DNA from: Octopus vulgaris
Taxonomy: Eukaryota
Length of the DNA stretch: 64,000 bases
Direction: 5' to 3'
Assembly: GCA_951406725.2 (NCBI GenBank)
Contig: OX597817.1
Location: forward strand, 139,066,001 to 139,130,000
In this document: positions 13,990 to 28,100 of the stretch, piece after piece
Position numbering within the stretch: position 1 is the first letter of the stretch
Layout of the letters: every line of letters begins with the position of its first letter
Notes under the pieces: model-generated
Database searches by the model: none
The model's input: the letters and a program-made list of their open reading frames with translations, nothing else
What the model was told of the DNA's origin: nothing
Position numbers and translations under genes: made by a program

Positions 13990-16900
13990 ACGATGGGCTT
14001 CTTTCAGTTTCCGTTTACCAAATCCACTCACAATGCTTTGGTCGGGCCGAGGCTATAGTAGAAGACACCTGTCCAAGGTGCCACGCAGTAGAAGACACTT
14101 GCCCAAGGTGCCACGCAGTGGGAATGAACCCGAGACCATGTGGTTGGTAAGCAAGCTACTTACCACACAGCCACTCCTACACCTGTTGTTTCTAAAATAT
14201 TTAATAATTAACTGCCAGACTCTGTTGTTTCTAAAATATTTAATAATTAACTGCCAGACTCTGTTGTTTCTAAAATATTTAATAATTAACTGCCAGACTC
14301 TGTTGTTTCTAAAATATCTAATAATTAACTGCCAGACTCTGTTGTTTCTAAAATATTTAATAATTAACCGCCAAACTTCCAAATTCCTTATTTGTTTTTA
14401 TTTCCACAGAGGAGATCTTGGAAATTATGTCTCTTGACCATCCAAAGGAATACCCAAAGGAATTGTATGACACTTACATCAGCTTGGTGTTAAGTGTCTT
14501 TTATTATGTCTGCCGAGACCTGAAAGAGCTTCGACATTTGGTTCGTAAATTACTTCAAAGATTTTCTGATTCTTTTAACCTTCCTTCCAATCATTTAAAA
14601 TAAAAGACATTTCTGTTTTGTTTGGAATCGATAATTTATCAAAATCAATAATCAATATTCAGGCATGGCTGTGTGAAGCTCACTTTACAACTACGTTTTT
14701 CCAAGTTAGTACTGGAGTTGACTTAGCTAAAACCCTACAAGGAAGTGCTCCAGCTTGGTCACAGTCCATGAAACTCAGACCAAAGAATAGTCGTAGGTTT
14801 GTAATGCAACACCATTTAAACCCCTAAAGACTGTTAAGGGATGGCGCTTTCCACAGAGTCAGTAGAGTAAAATGGTAAGTTAGTGATGGTCATGTGGTGA
14901 AAATAGAAAGAAAAGTGTTTATGGTTTTACGTCATGAAATGGAATGGGGACTAAGGGTTTGGGTGAGGCCCTTCACTGAATCTGAAGGCAAAATGGATTT
15001 CTTTATCAAAACACTCTGCCCCAAATTTTAGCTTCTGCTTTTTCTCATGGCATACAAACCTCAGCCTTTTTTGGTTTTAGCTTGAATTCATCATCATCAT
15101 CGTTTAACCTCCGTTTTCCATGCTAGCATGGGTTGGACGGTTCGGCCAGGGTCTGAGAAGCCAGGAGGCTGCACCAGGCTCCAGTCTGATCTGGCAGTGT
15201 TTCTACAGCTGGATGCCCTTCCTAACACCAACAACTCCGTGAGTGTAGTGGGTGCTTTTTACGTGCCACCGGCATGGAGATTCAGCCAAAACTCAATGTC
15301 TGCTTTTTTGTGTGGGGGGGGGGGGCATACTGGGGCACCAACCTGAAGAATTCTTAGGCAAATGAATCAACTTCAGTACTTTTTTTTTAAAGCTTCGTAC
15401 TTATTCTGTCGGTCTCTTTTGCTGAACCACTAAGTCACAGGAATGTAAACGCACCAGCACCGGTTGTCAAGCAGTGGTGGGGAGGTCAAACACACATGCA
15501 CACGATGGGCTTCTTTCAGTTTCCATCTACCAAATCCACTCACAAGGTTTTGGTCAGCCTCAGGCTGTAGTAGAAGACATTTGCCCAAGATGCCATGCAG
15601 TGGGACTGAAACCAGAACCATTTGGTTACTAAGCATGCTTCTTACTACAGAGCCATACCAACACCTATGTTTTCACATGTAAAGTATTTGATCTCAGATT
15701 TACAATTAATAGGTGCAGGCATGACTGGGTGTATGGTTAAGAAGTGTTTTTTTTTTCCCCGGCTTGCATGGTTTAGAATTCAGTTTCACTGTGCTGTACC
15801 TTGGGCAAATGTCTTCTACTATAGCCCCAGGCCAACCTCAGCTGTGTGAGTTGATTTGGTCAATGAAAACTGAAAGAAGCCCATTGTATGCAGTAAACCA
15901 AAATGGTACCATCCATTTTCAATTTTCTGTGGAATGATGAGGAAATAATTACCTTTCTTGGAAACAGGTGAGGATTGGTAACACAAAGGGCATCGAGCCA
16001 TAGAAAACTCTTGGAAAAGTGGGCATGAAATTGATAAAGATGATGATGATGAGTGTGTCATCATGGTTTGAGATGTTTAGAATTTCTGTTGGAATAGCAA
16101 CAGTTAAGTTATGAAGTATGTTAGCAACTGTCCAAGACTGCTGTATGTTTTGTTCCTGCCAATGAACTCCCATTAGCTCTAAGAAGCATATATGGTTATC
16201 ATATGGAATAATCTTAGAACCAACAGTTTTTCTACCAATACTAGTTATAATAATGTTTTAGTTATAATCAATAGTTTTTGTTTGTTTGTTTTCCAGGCTT
16301 CCATTAACTTAGAGAAGTTTTTAGAACCCCTGAAAAATGGTGAAGGTATGTTTTGTGTATTTTTTAGTTCTCTTTTGTTACATTGTTCTTTTATTAGTTT
16401 CAAACGGGGTTCTGGCCATGCTGGAGCACCTTCATCCTCTATCTTCTGCTTAATTTTGTTTTAAGTTTCTGTCAGTTTTCCTTGACAATTTTTTACCACA
16501 ATTCTTGACACAAGAGAAATAAAAGACATGTGTCCATTTGGACTGTCTGTGACTGTTGCAACTATTTCAAATGTGAGATTGATCAGGAATTATAACGAGG
16601 GTTTCTCTTGATTGGACAAGGTTTAATTAGGCTAAATGACAGGTGATATTGGAGCTCAATGCACTGCTGTCTCATCTGATCCTGTTGGTCAGTGGAACCC
16701 ATTGCTACATGATAGATGCATCCCTCTTGTTGATGCTTATTTCATTGGCAATGGTTAACTACCAGTAATACACTATGTCAATGATAATGAAGACATGAAA
16801 TGAAATTAACCAAATTCTGGAGTTTGAAATTACAAACTTTTGTGGGCAAATGTACAGATACACATGACCAGGATTGTAGAATGTATCTATTTATCACATT

Positions 16901-18227
16901 TATTCCTTACATACTCACCTCTTTGCTGTTCCTTCTAAACCAGGGGTAGGTAACAGGTGGATAGTGACCCACAGGGTCACTGGGGTACCCTGTGATCTTA
17001 CACCTTTTCTAAAAAAATTGTTTCGAGTTTAATACATTTATGGACCTGTGAGCAATTGATGGCTGTTAGCCTTTTCTGTCACAATTTGTTAAATGTTTGC
17101 TTCGTTAAACATTAACACCAATGAAAATGTATTTTTATGAGTAAGATAGGATATAATGTACACTGGAGTCTTTGAGAAGATGTTAAGAAATTCAAATGTA
17201 AGATGTTGCAAAACGAAGTTTCTGGTACTTGTTTTAAACTCTCCATGATTCTACTCAAATGGGACCAACTTTCACTCATTCTTAACCTTTCACACTCAAA
17301 CCCCACCAACACATACCTGAACCTCTCACCACCCACTCCACACTCTTCAGCTATTTTAAAGCAACCCCAATAGAAATGTATGAAGCTAGTTTCCATGAAT
17401 AGCACCAGACACCCAGTTGCTGTGGAATCAGTCTTGTACTACACCCCAGCAAACTTCAGCCAAGAGAGAGGTTGCCTTTTTTATTGGTTGCAGGCTGACT
17501 TCAATATTGGTGAAACTGGTTTGCAAATACTGTTGTGTCTGGGGAGAGTCATTTTCTTTTTTGTGCCTTATAATATAACACACTCACCGGTAAAATTTCC
17601 ACTTCTTTTCTTATTTTTATTTTCCTAAAATTTTCCTTGCGTGTTGCAACCTTTTCAATAGTTTTTCAATAGTCAAAACTATTGAAAAGGTTGCAAGATG
17701 CAACGAAAATTTTAGGAAAATAAAAATAAGAAATAAGTGGAAATTTTACCGGTGAGTGTGTTAAATTATAAGGCACAAAAAGAAAATGACTCTCCCCAGA
17801 CACAACAGAATATGCTTTAACACGCGAACTCACATAAAGAATCTTGCAAACGAAATCCAAAAACGAGATGGTTTGCAAATAGTTCAGCCAACTGTCCAGA
17901 CCCAAAAATATTTCAGTTGAAGAACAGTGAAAAATAAAACTGAGAAAGAAGGTAAACGTTATGTAAGGGAGATAACTGCGTTGTTATAAAATTGGTAACG
18001 AATTTAACCGGAGAAGAAATGCTGCCAGGAATTGATGAATCGAAGACTTCGAGTAAAGAATTTATGGGAAATATGGTTTGCGATGTATTTTCTGCTTAGC
18101 ATTAAAATGCTGGTAGCTTACAGAACCCTATCCAAGTGACACAAAAACTTCTTTTCAAATATTCAGATTTGTAAATTTTAATAATGGATGGCTGCTGACA
18201 ACTGTAGAACATACTTATGTGCACGTG

Positions 18228-18264
<37 letters not shown>

Positions 18265-18399
18265 ATACATATATATATATATATATCATCATCATCATTA
18301 TCGTTTAACGTCTGCTTTCCATGCTACCATGGGTTAGACGATTTGACTGAGGCTGCACCAGACTCTGATCTGGCAGAGTTTCTACAGCTGGATGCCCTT

Positions 18400-18445
<46 letters not shown>

Positions 18446-21400
18446 CTGCATAAATATATATATTTAGGATGCATATCATTTAGTTAAGGTTTGGTGAAAA
18501 TCAGTGTTTTAAAATAGGGTTTCACTGAACACTTAACTAACAGAACTTTAAAGAAATTCCAACTTGACAACATGACGCTGATGTTCAAGAATTAATATAC
18601 ACGCACACATGTATGTATGCATATTTGTGTCTGCATGTGTTTGTGAGTATATTATCATCATGCTTCTCGTTGTTTGCATGGATCAGATGGAATATTCTAA
18701 GGCTGTCTCTCTACGGCTAGATGCCATTCTTGTTGTCGACCTTCACTTGTTTCCAAGCAATGTAATAATTCTTCAATTCTTCACAACCAGACACACTTTC
18801 ACAGAATATTGAAAACGAATGACATTCTTTGTGTGGCAATGACACTCATTTGCCTCTGTCACACAGTGACAAGACAAAGAGACGCGCACACACCCATGCA
18901 TCTATCTATACACACACACATGCACAATAGGCCAGTCACCAGGTTTGGTTGGCCAAGTGTTGTAACAGAAGACAATTACCTAAGGTGCCATGTGGTGGAA
19001 CTGAATGTGGGACCATGTAGGAAGCATACAAGCCTGATTTGTATGTTCATGCTGGTGATGGGAAACTAGCCATGAAATAGTCATTACTATTTTATTAGTT
19101 ACAACTGTTTCCTGTTTAGGTGGACATAGGGGATTTTAATCATAGTTGTGGCTGGTGCCAGTGCCACCTGACTGGCACCGATGCCGGTGGCACATAAAAA
19201 GCACCATTCAAGCATTGGGCCTCATGGAAGCAGTGACAGGTGACCAAAACCTTTGGTGATACACCATGTTTGTGTAGACATAACAAGCCAAATAAGACTA
19301 GTCGTGGCTGATGCCAATTTCAGATCATTGGCACATAAAAGACACCCATTACACTCTCGGAGTGGTTGGCATTAGGAAGGGCATCCAGCCATAGAAACCA
19401 TGACAAATCAGATTGGAACCTGGTGCAGCCCAGCCCACCGGCTTAACTGTTTTCAGTCAAATTGTTCAACCCATGCCAGCATGGTAAGCTGACATTAAAT
19501 TACGATGATCTAATAAGTGGGTTAATGCTGTCTCACTGGGTCATTCACCCTGGGCCCATGTAGAAAAACAAACTAGGAAATGATTATGATGATGATGGCT
19601 GCAATTTGAAATAGGTTTTAATAAATGAGAAATAAAACCAAATTGTTGTTCGTGGTTTCATGATTTTTGTCTTTGTGTAACAACAGCCACCATGAATGAC
19701 AGTCGGAAATTATGGAAGAATATTGAACCACATCTCAAAAAAGCTCTTCAAACTGTTTATTTACGAGAAGTTTCAAGGTGAGTTCAGCATCCCGTATATA
19801 TTCCCTTCCTTACAATTCTCCATTTTGCTGTCAAATAAAGTCAAGCCCTTAACCCTATTGATAGCAGCCCTTTGTTCTACAAGACAAACTTCCTGCTTTC
19901 AAGTGATCTAAACTAAAATCTTTAATCAAAATTTCTTTCTGATTTTTGTTCCAAACTCCAGATTAATTTGGATGAACTTATTTCACTAAATTTTTCTTTA
20001 TTTTCAAAATGAATTGAAAAAAAAAGTGTTCTTCTGTAGAAATACGGTATGAAAAGGGTTAATTTCACATCAGTTTTATTCCTCTGTTTTTGCAGCCCAT
20101 TGTAACATTCTCCCATGGTTGAATAGCTCGTTGATCTAGGGGTATGATTTTCGCTTAGGGTGCGAGAGGTCCCGGGATCGAATCCCGGATGAGCCCAAAA
20201 CGTTATTTAACTTTCAAGGTGCAGGCGTAGCTGTGTGGTAAGAAGTTTGCTCCCAACCACATTGTTCCGGGTTCAATCCCACTGTGCAGCACCCTTGAAT
20301 AATTAAAGAGTAATTAACCAACCCTGACACAAATCTGACTGAAGTTTTCTTATTGGTATTTGGAAGGTCCAAAGGTACTAAGAACCTAACCTTCAACACT
20401 GGAAGCCAATGAAATATCTCTTTGGCATACAGTGACATCATTTCTGAAATCTCTGACCACTATCCATGGTCATTTACAGATGAATGACCAGTGCCAGTGA
20501 GAGTCAAACATGCTGGTCATAGACACAGCACATTGCTAGACATGGTAACTGTATCAAAGAATATGTGATGCCATATCATATCACCATAGCAGTGTTGTGT
20601 TTCGGGGCCAAGACACACAACGGTCAGATGGCTCATTTCGGCTTTTAAATAGATTCCATGGCTGGTGCTCTGCTCCCACTGCATTAGAAGCAACGGGTTC
20701 AGTGTCATGTAACTAACAATAGCTGAAGTGTATTATTGACAGTGAGAGCATTGACTAGTTAACATTGGGTCACTGTATAATTGACAGTGAATTTTTGACA
20801 AGTATTTCATTAAGTTGTGCTTGCTTCCTTGGAAACCCTTTTAACTGAGTTAGTCATTGAAAAGGAAAAGGGCTCAAGATGCTGGCCTATCCTTATACAC
20901 ACTCGCAGGAGGTCAAATTCCCCAAATGTTTCTTCAGTAATCCCTAATCTACAGATTTATTGAGTATTGGTTCTACCATTTAACTTCTGTACTAAGCTGG
21001 TCCCTTAAACTTCATATCATTTCTCTTGTTCCAGTGCACAATGGGAGAAGATGCAACAGGATACAAACTCTGGCCAACAGATGGCACTGCAGTTACATTC
21101 CATTCAAGGTCAGTTTTCTCCTTCCTTGGTGTTTTATATGTATTAGTAAGAAAGAGGTAGTGTGGGATCCATGGCTTTCAGCAGTTTGTGGGAGGAAGAT
21201 GCTTTAAAGCATCTCAGTGACAAACCCTCTTTGTCTGTCTTCTTAATTTCACTCACAAGGCTTGGATCCACCGAAGGTGGGGACAGTCAAATGCTGTGAA
21301 GTGGGATTGAATTCAGAACCACAAGATATCAAGGCCAACTCCACAACCAAATGGCCATGCCTGATGCAGTCCTACTGGTATGTCTGTGTGCGTGTTAGTG

Positions 21401-22069
21401 ACTGACAAGACAACAGGAGTTATTTCCCTGCACTCAGCCCTGAGAGTAATGTTTACAGCAGAAATAAATTACATGATTCCTGTTCTCTTGTCATTCATTC
21501 ATTAATATTATGCCATTTACTTTCCTGACACTTTTACTGTAAAGCATCAAGCATATTGAATCCTAACTACCAGTTACTAGTATCACTATGCCTAATCAAA
21601 ATTATCATTGATTTATATATATATACTGGAAAAAAACCATCTCACTACATCTACACATTCAAAGCAGTTTGCCAACAGTCCTTCGCAACAACACACCTTG
21701 ATAAACTCAGTGGCTACTACTAAATTCAGGCCACGACGGACAGAGTGGAAGCTCTTGAAGCTGAGAATTGAAATTTATGGACAGAATACTTACATATCAC
21801 CTGAGGAAACTCAACTAGATCTTGTAATGCAGGGAAACAGTTACCTGATCAAGTACCTACATGCCTGAAGAACTACATTGCGTAGAAATAATTGTGGTGA
21901 TTGAAAATAGATGTCCAACTGTACTCTTTCTTGTTGACTCCAATTTCTCCACTTCCCTATTCACACATGATAGATGCCCTAATGCAGACCTAATACGACG
22001 ACGACTGGATAGCACAGGGTAAACCTGAAGGTGGACAAGCTTTATACTGTACTCTGATACATTCTTACA

Positions 22070-22101
<32 letters not shown>

Positions 22102-25100
22102 AGAAGTTTGAAAATGCCACTACTTAAGATAAATTTTAATTTTCTTAGAAATTTTACATGTTTCGGTTCTTCTTGAAAAAAACGAACCTTATCAAAAATA
22201 TATTTAAAAGTTAAGTGTAATAAAAAAGTTCATAATAGTTTCTTACTAGTCTCAACATGGTGCTTTTTTGTGAGGGGAAGCATAATAGTTGTCTTGTGTG
22301 TTGACTAGATTCGTTGGCTAAATGACCAGTGGCCGAAATAGCAGTAGTAGCAGTGACTGTTGGTCGTAGTAGTAGTGACCGTGGTGGTGGTTGGAGTTGC
22401 AGCAGTAATAAATCATTTCAAAGAATTCTATCAATATCCTGCCTATGTGTAACTTTGTGCCAAAATTAAAGCAGTGAATTTATAGAATTGTTAAAGATTT
22501 GAACAAAATGCCTTGTGGTGTTTCATCCAGCATTTTATATTCTGTCTTCAAATTCCACCAAAGTCAATATTTAACATTGCAAATTCAATAAAATACCAGT
22601 CATCAATTTATTTGTCTATTTCTGGTTTTGTGCTGATCTTTGACCCTAATGAAATTTTTCCGTTTTCCTTGCAGGTCGTAATCATTTGGAATTACCATTT
22701 TATTCTAAATATCTATTAATTGCTGCTTACCTTGCATCATACAATCCAGCCAAAACTGATCGACGATTTTTTTGTAAGGTAATGTCTGCTAGATTTTGGT
22801 TAATTCCCTTAATTGTTAAACACCAAGTTTTTTTTCTCTAAAAACATCATTTTTGACCTTTGACAAATATTTCTACATTTCAGAAATCTAACAAGATTTA
22901 TGGAAGTCTCCGGAAAAAGAAACATGAGAGGGTAAGAGATTTTGGTTTTCATGAAGTAAAGAATTGGTTCAGTTCACTCAGCACCTCTTGTTTGCATTAA
23001 TTTTTTAATGCTGCTGTCCCCTGCTCCAGGGTCTCAAGGCCCCATACCTCCCACACCCTCAGGGTGGGCACTCTCAACGTCGGCACACTGAAAGGTAGAT
23101 CTGGTGAGATTATTGAGATGCTTGAACGGAGATGTGTTGATATATGCTGCATCCAAGAAGTTAGGTAGAGAGGTGGTTCTGCTACGTTCCTCACAGGCAA
23201 AGAACACAGGTACAAGATTTTCTGGGCAGGGAACACTGACGGGGTTGGGGGTGTGGGTATACTTCTTGCGGAGAAAAGGGTAGATAAGGTCATTGAGGTA
23301 GTCAGAGTATGCGACAGAATACTTAAGATTAGATTAGTGCTCCACCATGGGTTAGCAACCATTATCTCGGCCTATGCCCTTCAGCCAGGGCTACCCGATG
23401 GATAGAATGACCGATTCTATGACACCCTCTTGCAGACTATCGCATTGACGAATGACAGGGACCTTCTCTTTGTGGCTGGTGACTTCAATGGACATGTTGG
23501 ACAACATGTCGGGGGTTTCCATGGCATACATGGAGGCTACGGTTTTGGCTCTCGCAATGAGAAGGGAACCAGGCTGCTGGAGTTCTGTGACGCAAACAAT
23601 CTTACGGTTTGCAATACTAACTTCAGAAAACCTGCCAGCCACCAGAAAGACAGAATAAACTGAACAACAAAGGCCAGATGTTATGACATAAATAAGTCAA
23701 ATGTCTCATAAAGTGTTGCAAAATACTGGACATTCTAAGCTGGTAAAGTCGGACTGCGGTCAGTAATGGTTTGCAGTATTTTGGTTTTCCCAATCCAGTA
23801 ACACTTGTGCCAGGGGCACATAAAGGCACCCATTACACTTTCAGAGTGGTTGGCATTAGGAAGGGCATCCAGCCATAGAAACCACAGTCAAACCAGACTA
23901 ATACAGCCTTCCAGCGTGCCAGCCCTGGTCAAACCTATTTTTTTACTACCCACAAGGGGCTAAACACAGAGGGAACAAACAAGGACAGACAAACGGATTA
24001 AGTCGATTATATCGACCCCAGTGCGTAACTGATACTTATTTAATCGACCCCGAAAGGATGAAAGGCAAAATCGACCTCGGCAGAATTTGAACTCAGAACG
24101 TAAAGGCAGACGAAATTCTGCTGAGCATTTCACCCAGCACGCTAGCGATTCTGTCAGCTCGCTGCCTTATCAAACCATTCAACCCATACCAGCATGGACA
24201 ACGGACGCTAGAAGATGATGGTGATGAGTTCTAGTTTCTGCCATGTCTAAATAAATAAATAAATAGCTCTGCAAAAAGTTCAGTCAACTGAAGCCTTCCT
24301 TCTCTTCCTCGTTTGTTGTTAATCCAGCCATTAATCCAGTGATTCATAACTTGGAGCTCATCTCAAAGCAGACATGGCTGTGTGCTTTAGAAGTTTACTT
24401 TGAGCTAAATGGTTCCAGGATCAATCCCACCTTGGGGCAAGTGTCTTCTACTCTAGCCTCTACTTCACCATTTCTTTGGCTTTGGAATTTGCTTGAAGCA
24501 AACTATGCCAAAACGTCTGTCACGTATGTGTTTGTGTGTATTGGCAGAAGAAATGAGCAATAATGGGTGGAGGACCAATGCAGTTCTTTGAAATGCACCC
24601 AGTTCCAGGCTTCCAGACATTCTCCTTGCTGTTGGAATGGAAGTGAACTGGTGGGAACCAATAATTCTATTAATCACCGACTGTGATATAAAATAAAGAA
24701 AATCAGAATAAAACCGAAACCTATTGTCTTGAAGTAGCAGTGACAAATGTAATCCTAAATACACTATGTCTGAAAAAAAAAGATAGGATAATCATAACTG
24801 GAACCTCTTTCATCAGGACTGACATGGCTTAAACATCAACAACAGGAGGCGCAATGGCCCAGTGGTTAGGGCAGCGGACTTGCGATCAGAGGATCGTGTT
24901 TCGATTCCCAGACCAGGCGTTGTGTGTTTATTGAGCAAAAACACCTAAAGCTCCACGACGCTCCGGCAGGGGGTGGTGGCGGCGACCCCTGTTGTACTCT
25001 TTCGCTCACTCTTTCTTCCTGTTTCTTATCCTCGACTTCCTACCCAACCACTGAGCCTGGATACGCATTCATCCATCTGTTGATGTTCTCGGTATCGGGG

Positions 25101-28100
25101 GTTGACCTGCTTTCTCTTCTGCGGGTCTTACGAATAGCAAAGGACCTCGTTTCGAACTTCTCCCAAGGGACAAAGACCACTTCGCTCAACAAACAAACAT
25201 CAACAACAACCATAAAAACTTGGGAAACCATTTGATTCTGGTGATTCTTTAAAGTTCTTTTCAATTTCAGACAAGCAACCACCTTTTGGGTCCGAAACTG
25301 TTTACTTTGGATCGTTTAATGGCAATATTCTACTCCATAGTCGAAGACAGGGTGGCACCATCTGCCATCCTATTTCTGCAAGTAAGTAAGAGGGTATGTC
25401 GATATATCTTTTGGCCAGGGAGGGGCAGGGGACTGGTCTGTGTATGTTTGTGGCTCAAACTCTGTTGGGAAAGAGCAAAGCTGTATAATAGTTGGGCCCC
25501 TAATTTGGTTCCATTAACCAATTGAAGCCAGTCCACGGAGGCTGTTAATGGTTTCAGTACTTGAGTGAATTTCCTCTAAAATGTTTGTGAATAATTAGAA
25601 CCCTCCACAGGAACATCATTAGTGTTATGGACAACACATCTTTCTAAAGAAATCTTTTGATTTTATTTCTATATTTCAACCATTAAACATTGAAGCCCAG
25701 TGGCTCTGGGGTTATGGTCCTCAACGGTTGACCACAAGATCCAATAATTTAAATCTTACTACAACTGTCAAGTTATATCCTATACAAAAGGTTCACAACA
25801 ATGCTTGTTCTACATTACTTAACTGAATCTGCAGGTCTCAATCCAATTCTCTTAAAGAAATAAACCATCCTACTGGCTTAAATGGTTGTGAATCTCCATA
25901 ATTATCATTAGGGATACCTTTGCATTTATTAAGAGTTCTGTTCTCTTTGATGACCTGTGTCCTTTGAGGGTGATTTATTGGGAAATAACACCTTACCAAA
26001 TTCCATTTGCTGCTTCACTCTTTTTGGCCAGGATTGAACACATAAAGTTTGGTTGCCACTTTTAGAAAATGTAATCATTTGGTAGGAATTGCCTTTAAAT
26101 ATATAATAACGATAAAAATGATTGAAATATTGGCACTGGGCTGGGAATTTTAAGGGGAGGGGTGTTGATTCCATTTCCCCTAATGCTTGACTTTTATTTC
26201 TTCAACCCCAAAAGGATGAAAGACAGATTTTATCTGAACAGTATTTGCAGTCAGAAAATAATAACCAGAAGAAATATCACTAAATATTTTGCTGAATGCA
26301 TCAGTGATTCTGTTGGTTCACTGCCTTGATGATGTTTTGGTTGCATTTTATATGAGCAGAGTGGAGGACAACACCACAAGGCATTGCATGAGAGTGTTTA
26401 AGATGGCTCCAGCTACACGGAGCCACCTGAGTTGCTCGGCAACGATTCTGGCCTTTATCTTTTACTTGTATCAGTCATTAGATCATGGCCATGCTGTAGC
26501 TCTGCCTTGGAAGAATTCTTAGTCAAATGAATTGACCCTTGTACTAATTTTGTTAAAGCCTAGTACTTATTCTATCGGTCTCTTTTGTCGAACCTCTAAG
26601 TTATGGAGAAGTAAACACACCAACACTAGTTATTGAGCAGTGGTTGGGGTGGGGGTGGGGGGTAAATAGAGACATACATATATAGGACAAGCTTCTTTCA
26701 GTTTCTTATTTCTTTACTGACCACAAGGGGCTATACACAGAGGGGACAAACAAGGACAGACAAACGGATTAAGTCGATTATATCGACTCTGAAAGGTTGA
26801 AAGGCAAAGTCAACCTCGGTGGAATTTGAACTCAGAACATAGCGGCAGATGAAATACCGCTAAGCATTTTGCGTGCTAACATTTCTGCCAGCTCGACGCC
26901 TTATTTCAGTTTCCATTTATCAAGTCCACTCACAAGTCTTTGGTTGGGCCAAGCCATAAGTAGAAGGCACTTGGCCAAAGTGCCACACAGTGGGACTGAA
27001 CCCAGAGCCATGTGGTTGGAAAGCAAGCTTGTTACCACACAGCCACAGGAATTTACTGAACTAATCATATATCTTCTTGTGTGAATCCATCATGGGATTC
27101 AAAACTAGTTCTAACACTAAAGATTATTTGCCAACATAACATGGCAGTCCTGGTTTAGGATGAATGTTGCCCCAGGAGACATCATCTCCAGCTGGCTATA
27201 CAACACGATCTGTGTCCTTATATTTTCGAACAAGGGAATCTAGCACCTCCACCCAGCTCAAAATAATATCTGTGTATCACGATTTCCAGGTTATTTCCCT
27301 TCATCAGCACAGAATAATTGTTTTGAGCTGAGTGGGGGGTGCTAGATTCCTTTGTTTGAAAATATAAGGACACAAATCGTGTCGTACAGCCAGCTGGAGA
27401 CAATGTCTCCTGGGGCTAAACTACAGCAACATTCGTCCTAAACCAGGACTGCCATGTTATGTTGGCAAACAATCTTTACTACAAAGTACTGTTGCTGAAT
27501 ATCTCTCATTGTGAGATTTAAAAATAGTAATTTTCTAGCTCTAACACTTTTTATAAGAAAATTTAAAAGTGAATATATTGGTTATCCTCTCTGTGTCATT
27601 ACAGCAATTAATATCCAACCATAACACCTGTCCGTTTCCCTCTCCATATAACCATTAGTCATTTCTTCCATTTTTGACATTATTTTCTAGATCAGTTCTT
27701 TGGTCACTCTCAAACTGTTGACCACGGTAGCTTCCGATGACCAACTTGAAACTCCCAAATATAAATGCCTCGTCTCACTCGATACTATCAAGCCCATAGC
27801 CAGGTATATTTATTCCCATTTCACTCAATTTTTCTTCTTTATTATTAACAACAACAGCAACTAATAACATTTTAGAATAACTCCTTCGTCACATTGACCA
27901 TTTTTGATAAGCATTTCCAAAGCAAATGCACTGTTCCAAACCATTATGCTAACTGATAAAAGAAAATGGTAAAACCTAAGCACTTTGAAGACACTGTTAC
28001 CATTTGCCTAACATGACTAGCACCGCACCAATGACCTTGTAAAATGTGGGAGGTTTTTTTGCTGCACCTAGTTCTATACAAAACCCATGAGTATGTATGC

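Noticed and set aside
14183-14377. CRISPR-like array (39-bp periodicity)
   Set aside because: Units are contiguous with no unique spacers, there are no cas genes, and the context is a eukaryotic intron.
27105-27548. Crypton-like or classical MITE interpretation of the palindromes
   Set aside because: Asymmetric ends, 12-14 bp flanking duplications of differing sequence, hammerheads in the arms and linked PLE coding remnants fit Penelope-type insertion better.
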